This document shows positions 58,581 to 64,000 of a DNA stretch of 64,000 bases, piece after piece (position 1 is the first letter of the stretch; each line of letters opens with the position of its first letter). The notes beneath the pieces are model-generated. The model did no database searches, was not told the DNA's origin, and saw only the letters and a list, made by a program, of their open reading frames with translations. The translations under genes were made by a program, and so were the position numbers. Source of the stretch: Octopus vulgaris (taxonomy: Eukaryota); contig OX597828.1 of NCBI GenBank assembly GCA_951406725.2, forward strand, positions 45,694,001 through 45,758,000, read 5' to 3'.

Positions 58581-59140
58581 TTGAGTGAGAGAGCAGTTCA
58601 TGCCATCAAAGTGACACTGGGGTAAAATATACGAAGCCCAATATACCCATCATGACTACCCGTCTGATAAGGGTACACCAGGCACATGCATCACAACCAT
58701 ATGTGCGCGACATGGTGATCTCATATCAAGATAAACAGCACATGACCTTGCAGGTGGGGCCCAGTTAGAATTTTCTTCAGGTTGAGTAGCCCATCCCGCT
58801 CAAAAGGTCACTGAATAAGGGTTGTTTGAGGATGTTGAAAGAAACACCCATGTTTCCAGAGGTGAATTATTCAAACCCCAAAGAATCCCTCTCAACACAT
58901 GGCTATGATGCTCCCCCACTACTTCTGCTCGTGATCAGAGATGCACATATCATCAGCCACAAAGGGATATGGTCAACTGTTTATGGTCAAACAACTGACA
59001 AGCAAATCTGTGGTATTGAGCAGCAGAATATTTGCTGTAGCCCATCTTTTATACCAAGACAAAACAATGTACATGATAACACTTCCAATCAGTTAAGATC
59101 AGAAGCCATGAGGGCCACTGCCTGGTACTGCATCAGGGCA
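58581..59140 (-). mobile_element. ~560-bp microsatellite-embedded element (copy 3)
   Basis: reverse complement of 3478-4039; flanked by (ATT)n on both sides. Confidence 0.9.
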
Positions 59141-59447
59141 TTTATTATTATTATTATTATTATTATGATCACCATCATCATCATCATCACCATCATCACC
59201 ATCATCATCATCATCACCATCATCATCATCGTCATCATCATCATTATCGTCGTCATCGTCGTCATCATGATCATCATCATTATCATCATCATCATTATTA
59301 TTAAGATTTTTTTTTTTTTGCATTTGCATTGTTTTTTCTGCGCTAGAACTCGTTCTCGATATTGTCCTCCATGTCTTGGGCCCATGTGGCCAATAAAATC
59401 ATCATCATCATCATCATCATCATTATCATTACCATTTGTAGTAGCAG

Positions 59448-59503
<56 letters not shown>

Positions 59504-60102
59504 GTTGTAGTTGCTGTTGTTGTTGTTGTTGCTTTTTAGCCCCGTTTCAAACCTGATCAAGCAGCCTTATGACGAAAGTCATTCCACCCGTAACCATCCC
59601 AGCTGTTGTTTTACAGACATGACGTCTGTCTACATCTCTAAAATTTACATTTGTTCAAAGTGTTATGTTTATTTATTTAGTTTTTACTTATATTTTTTTT
59701 TTTACCCCCATTTTTTGCATTTGTTCATAAAGAGGTTAAGGCCTAGGTGTTGTAAGGGGCAAAATTTGGTTGCTATGTCTAGCAGGTTCAAACGACCGCG
59801 TAGAATGATTCTGTCGCTGGCTCCAAAAAACTGGGTTGTTGTTGTATTTTTTTTGTTTTTTGTTTTTTGTTTTTTTGTTTTTTGTTTCACATCGAAGTAT
59901 GCCGTTCAAGGTCTCGATTCGTGGAGACAGCGCAAGTGTGGCGGCGGGAGGTGGAGTATCTGGGTAGCACGTGGAAGGCGCCTGGCTGCGAAAGGTTAAG
60001 GACGGTTGAAGAATCGTTTCAACAAGAGAGAAGTGTGTGTGTGTGTAGGTTTGTACGTGTGTGTGTATGTGTGTGTGTGTGTGTGTGTATGTGTGTGTAT
60101 GC

Positions 60103-60137
<35 letters not shown>

Positions 60138-60390
60138 CGTGTGTGTGTGTGTGTGTATGTGTGTGGTGCATACTGACTGCAAAAGAGAAAACGGTTGTCA
60201 ATATGTTTATATGCAAAACACAGATACACACAGACATGTACATACATGCGCACAGATACATACATACATACATGCACATAAGTACACACACACATAAGTA
60301 CACACACACATATATTCACACGCATATGCACATACACATCTATAAATACATACATACACGCAAACACACCTCTCTTCCTTTGTGCGTATG

Positions 60391-60444
<54 letters not shown>

Positions 60445-60484
60445 GTATGTATATATGTACATGAATATATAAATGTATGTATGA

Positions 60485-60569
<85 letters not shown>

Positions 60570-61067
60570 CATACATGCATACATACATGATTAGTGTTAG
60601 TAGTTCAATGTATTCCACACATCAAGATTCTGATTAGATAATATTTATTCTGTGTTAACTAATTCATAGAGCAATGGTGGTATTTGTTCCGACTCATTAT
60701 GTTCCGAGTTCAAATCCCGGCGACGTCAGCATATTCTTTGAATCTTTCGGGGACAATATATAAAGTAAATTAACAAAGGCTGACAATTCTCTCCCTCTCT
60801 CCTTCTCTCCCTCTCTCCTTCTCTCCCCTCTCTCCTTCTCTCCCCTTTCCCCGTTTTCTCTCGTTTTCTCTGTCTTCTCTCTCTCTCTCCATTACCTCTG
60901 CCTGGCTGTCTGTCTCTTGGCCGTCTGTCGCTCTGCCTTTCTGTCTCTCTTCCCTTCTCTCTGTCTCCCGTTGTCAGTCACCCTCTGTATTTGTCTATTT
61001 GTCAACACCCCTCTCTCTGTCCCTCTCGCTCTTTGTCTCTCTGTGTCTCTGTCTGTCAGCCCCTCCC

Positions 61068-61114
<47 letters not shown>

Positions 61115-61260
61115 TAAGTAGTTGAATGAATTATCCTAGTATGGATAATTCGGTTAACCGATACCCGGGTAGCAAATTTACGTCAGAAAGCACGGTTGAA
61201 GCTACATGCCAAGGGCAGAAATCACGTGCTTTCGTGTGGAAATTTGTGTGTTTTTTATAG

Positions 61261-61641
61261 ATAAATGAAAGAATGGAGTCGAACGACGATTTAACAAAAT
61301 TCCTTTATTCTCGACATATGTTTCGAAGATTGCATATTCTTAATTCCAAAGGAATAAAGGGTGCATTATGCCGTCTTCTCATCAGGAAAGACAAGGAACC
61401 TATGTCAGCATCATGACGAACAAAAACTTTTAGATGATTATCACTATGGACTCCGTGTGGTCAGTCATCTAAAAGTTTTTGTTCGTCATGATGCTGACAT
61501 AAGTTCCTTGTCTTTCATGATGAGAAGACGGCATAATGCACCCTTTATTCCTTTGGAATTAAGAATATGCAGTCTTCGAAACATATGTCGAGAATAAAGG
61601 AAATTTGTTAAATCGTCGTTCGACTCCATTCTTTCATTTAT
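61261..61641. repeat. near-perfect palindrome, 177-bp arms, each with a hammerhead motif
   Basis: 61261-61437 vs 61465-61641, only a few mismatches. Confidence 0.9.
61300..61398 (-). ncRNA. type-I hammerhead ribozyme motif, canonical core
   Basis: UUUC-CUGAUGA-GAAGA..UCUUC-GAAA-CAUAUG-UC-GAGA; the mirror copy at 61504-61602 (+) has AUGAUGA. Confidence 0.7.
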
Positions 61642-61868
61642 ATATATATATATATATATCCTCCTATCTTTTCCCATGGACGTCTGTCTGTCTATCTGTA
61701 TATCTGTCTGTCTCTTTCTGTCTCGCTCTGTCTCTATCTGTCTGCCTGCCGGCCTCTCTCCCTCTTCCTTATATATATATATCTCTTCCTCTCTTTTCCC
61801 ATAGACGTCTGTCCGTCTGTCTGTATGTATGTCTCTCTCTCTGTCTCTGTCTGTCTGCCTGCCGACCC

Positions 61869-61901
<33 letters not shown>

Positions 61902-61941
61902 ACTTTTTTCCATGACCGTCTGTCTGTCCGTCCCTCTGTCA

Positions 61942-61988
<47 letters not shown>

Positions 61989-62004
61989 ACTTTTTCTCCA
62001 CCGC

Positions 62005-62100
62005 CGGGTAGTCATGATGGGTATATTGGGCTTCGTATATTTTACCCCAGTGTCACTTTGATGGCATGAACTGCTCTCTCACTCAATAATAATAATAATA

Positions 62101-62144
<44 letters not shown>

Positions 62145-62680
62145 AGCTCTGATGCAGTACCAGGCAGTGGCTCTCATGGCTCCTGATCTTAACAAATTGG
62201 AAGTGTTATCTTGTACATATTTTGTCTTAGTATAAAAGATGGGCTACAGCAAATATTCTGACCAACACCAAAGATATGCTTGTCAATTGTTTGACCATAA
62301 CCAGTTGACCATATGACCATGGCTGATAATATGTGCATCTCTGATCACGAGCAGAAGTAGTGGGGGAGCATCATAGCCTTATGTTGAGAGGAATTCTTTG
62401 GGGTTTGGATAATTCAATCCTCGAAACAAGGCTGTTTCGTTCAACATCCTTAGGTAACCCTTATTCAGGGACCTATTGACCAGAAGAAAATTCTAACTAG
62501 GCCCCCACCTGTAAGGTCATGCACTGCTTATCTTGATATGAGATCACCATGTCGCGCACATATTGTTGTGATGCATGTGCCTGGTGTACTCTTATCAGAC
62601 GAGTAGACATGATGGTTATAATGGGCTTTGTAGATTTGTACCCCTGTGTTAATCTGACCGCATGCACTGTTCTCTCACTC
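62005..62680 (+). mobile_element. ~560-bp element: 3' fragment (62005-62085) plus full copy 4 (62147-62680)
   Basis: homology to 3478-4039; separated by (AAT)(GAT)n. Confidence 0.85.
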
Positions 62681-63842
62681 AACAATAACAACAACAACAA
62701 CATTAACAACAACAACAACAACAACAACAATAATAAACCTTTGAAATTTAGTGGGTGTAGTCTAATCGATGAGGTAACCCCAGCGCTGAACTGGTACTTA
62801 TTTTACTGACCCCGAAAGTATGGAAAGCACAATCGAGCAGGGTCGCATCTGAACTCAAAGCGTAAAGACGGACGAAATCCCGCTAAGCATTTTGTCCGGT
62901 GAGCTTATGATTCGAACAGCTTTTCCCCTCAGTAATAATCCTTTCTACTTTAGGCACAAAGCCTGAAATTTTATGGGAGCGGAGTGGGTTGGAGGGGGGG
63001 GGGCTTGTCGATTACATTACTTAATTTATTTTACTGAAAAGGATGAAAGGCCCAGTTCATCTCGGTTGAAGTTGAACTCAGAACATAAATATGTGCCCAG
63101 AACATTTACAGAGCCACCCGGACTGATGAGAAGGAGCGAGGTGTAGCGGAAGCGGAAACCTGATCCGGGTGCCTGCAACAAAAAAAAAAAAAAAACAGCT
63201 AAAAGTACCCAAGATAACAGGATGTCTTATTAAACCGACTGAAGAAGTAAATCGAGGTGGCGAGGGAGAAGTCTGAACCCGGAGTACATCAGTCCAGAAC
63301 AAATACCCCAAATATCCGGTCTACCATCTTTACACTTCCGCTAATCCAGCGCCCTTGGTTGGCACTTCGTTACTTTAGCATAGACAAAGTTGACCTCTGT
63401 GGGATTCAAGCACAGAATACAGACACTCAGAAGAACCACAGTAAGGTAAGTTAACCGAATCTCTAATGACTCAGACAATACGGTACTTTGACTCAATCTG
63501 ACTCAATATGTTTAACACAACGACCTGGCTTTTCGGGTGATTTTAGTGGAGTCCATTCTGCATCAGCATTCAAGCCATACGTGAGGGTAACTTCTTTTTT
63601 CCTACGGACAAGTCTTAGATGCAAATGAGCAAGGTTATATACAACTAGCGAGCAGTTAGACATAGTAGCCAAAGCTCCCTAGAATTAGAAGTTAAATTGT
63701 TAAAAAAGAAAAAAAAAAAAAGAAAAGGTTCATTAAATAATGCAGTCACACGTACCCATAAACATACTGGTTGGGCATGGTAGGAATTCCGTTGATCAAA
63801 CGAGTGTTTCGTTAGATTCGAGTTGACATTAAATAATATTAA

Positions 63843-63990
63843 AGGCAGTGATGTGACAGAATCGTTAGCATGCCGGACTAAATGCTTAGCGGCATTTCGT
63901 CCGTCTTTACGTTCCAAGCTCAAAATTCCGCCGATATCGACTTTACCCATCATCCTTTCGGGGTCGATGAAATAGATACCCGTTGATCAC
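63843..63990 (+). mobile_element. degenerate MetaSINE-type copy
   Basis: CAGAATCGTTAGCATGCCGG head; CATCCTTTCGGGGTCGATGAAATAGATACC. Confidence 0.7.
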
Positions 63991-64000
63991 AGCCCCATCT

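Overview
AT-rich, microsatellite-saturated animal non-coding DNA. The SINE families and repeat landscape are those I recognise from Octopus (coleoid cephalopod) genomes; this taxon call is an inference. No intact host gene is evident, and almost all listed ORFs are translations of (TA)n, (CA)n, (TATC)n, (TACA)n, (AAT)n, (GAT)n or (GGT)n repeats. The window is a mosaic of three tRNA-type SINE families (one carrying the Meta domain), LINE relics (CR1, R4/Dong-like, Tx1/L1, RTE), Tc1 and mariner relics, Helitron-type elements and a Merlin-like MITE with an 8-bp TSD. The most notable feature is a dense set of minimal type-I hammerhead ribozyme (HHR) motifs in at least six distinct repeat families, arranged as tandem arrays or inverted pairs as in Penelope-like elements and non-LTR retrozymes. 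The best case is a near-identical 3 x 358/359-bp array (27839-28932) with one HHR per unit and an inverted 5' end. Others are a 455-bp tandem (15221-15877) and a 177-bp-arm palindrome (61261-61641). Several families carry non-canonical catalytic cores (U4C, A6U, G8A). One 193-codon lysine-rich orphan ORF (6305-6886) may be a real or decayed exon. All structures were folded by eye and are untested.
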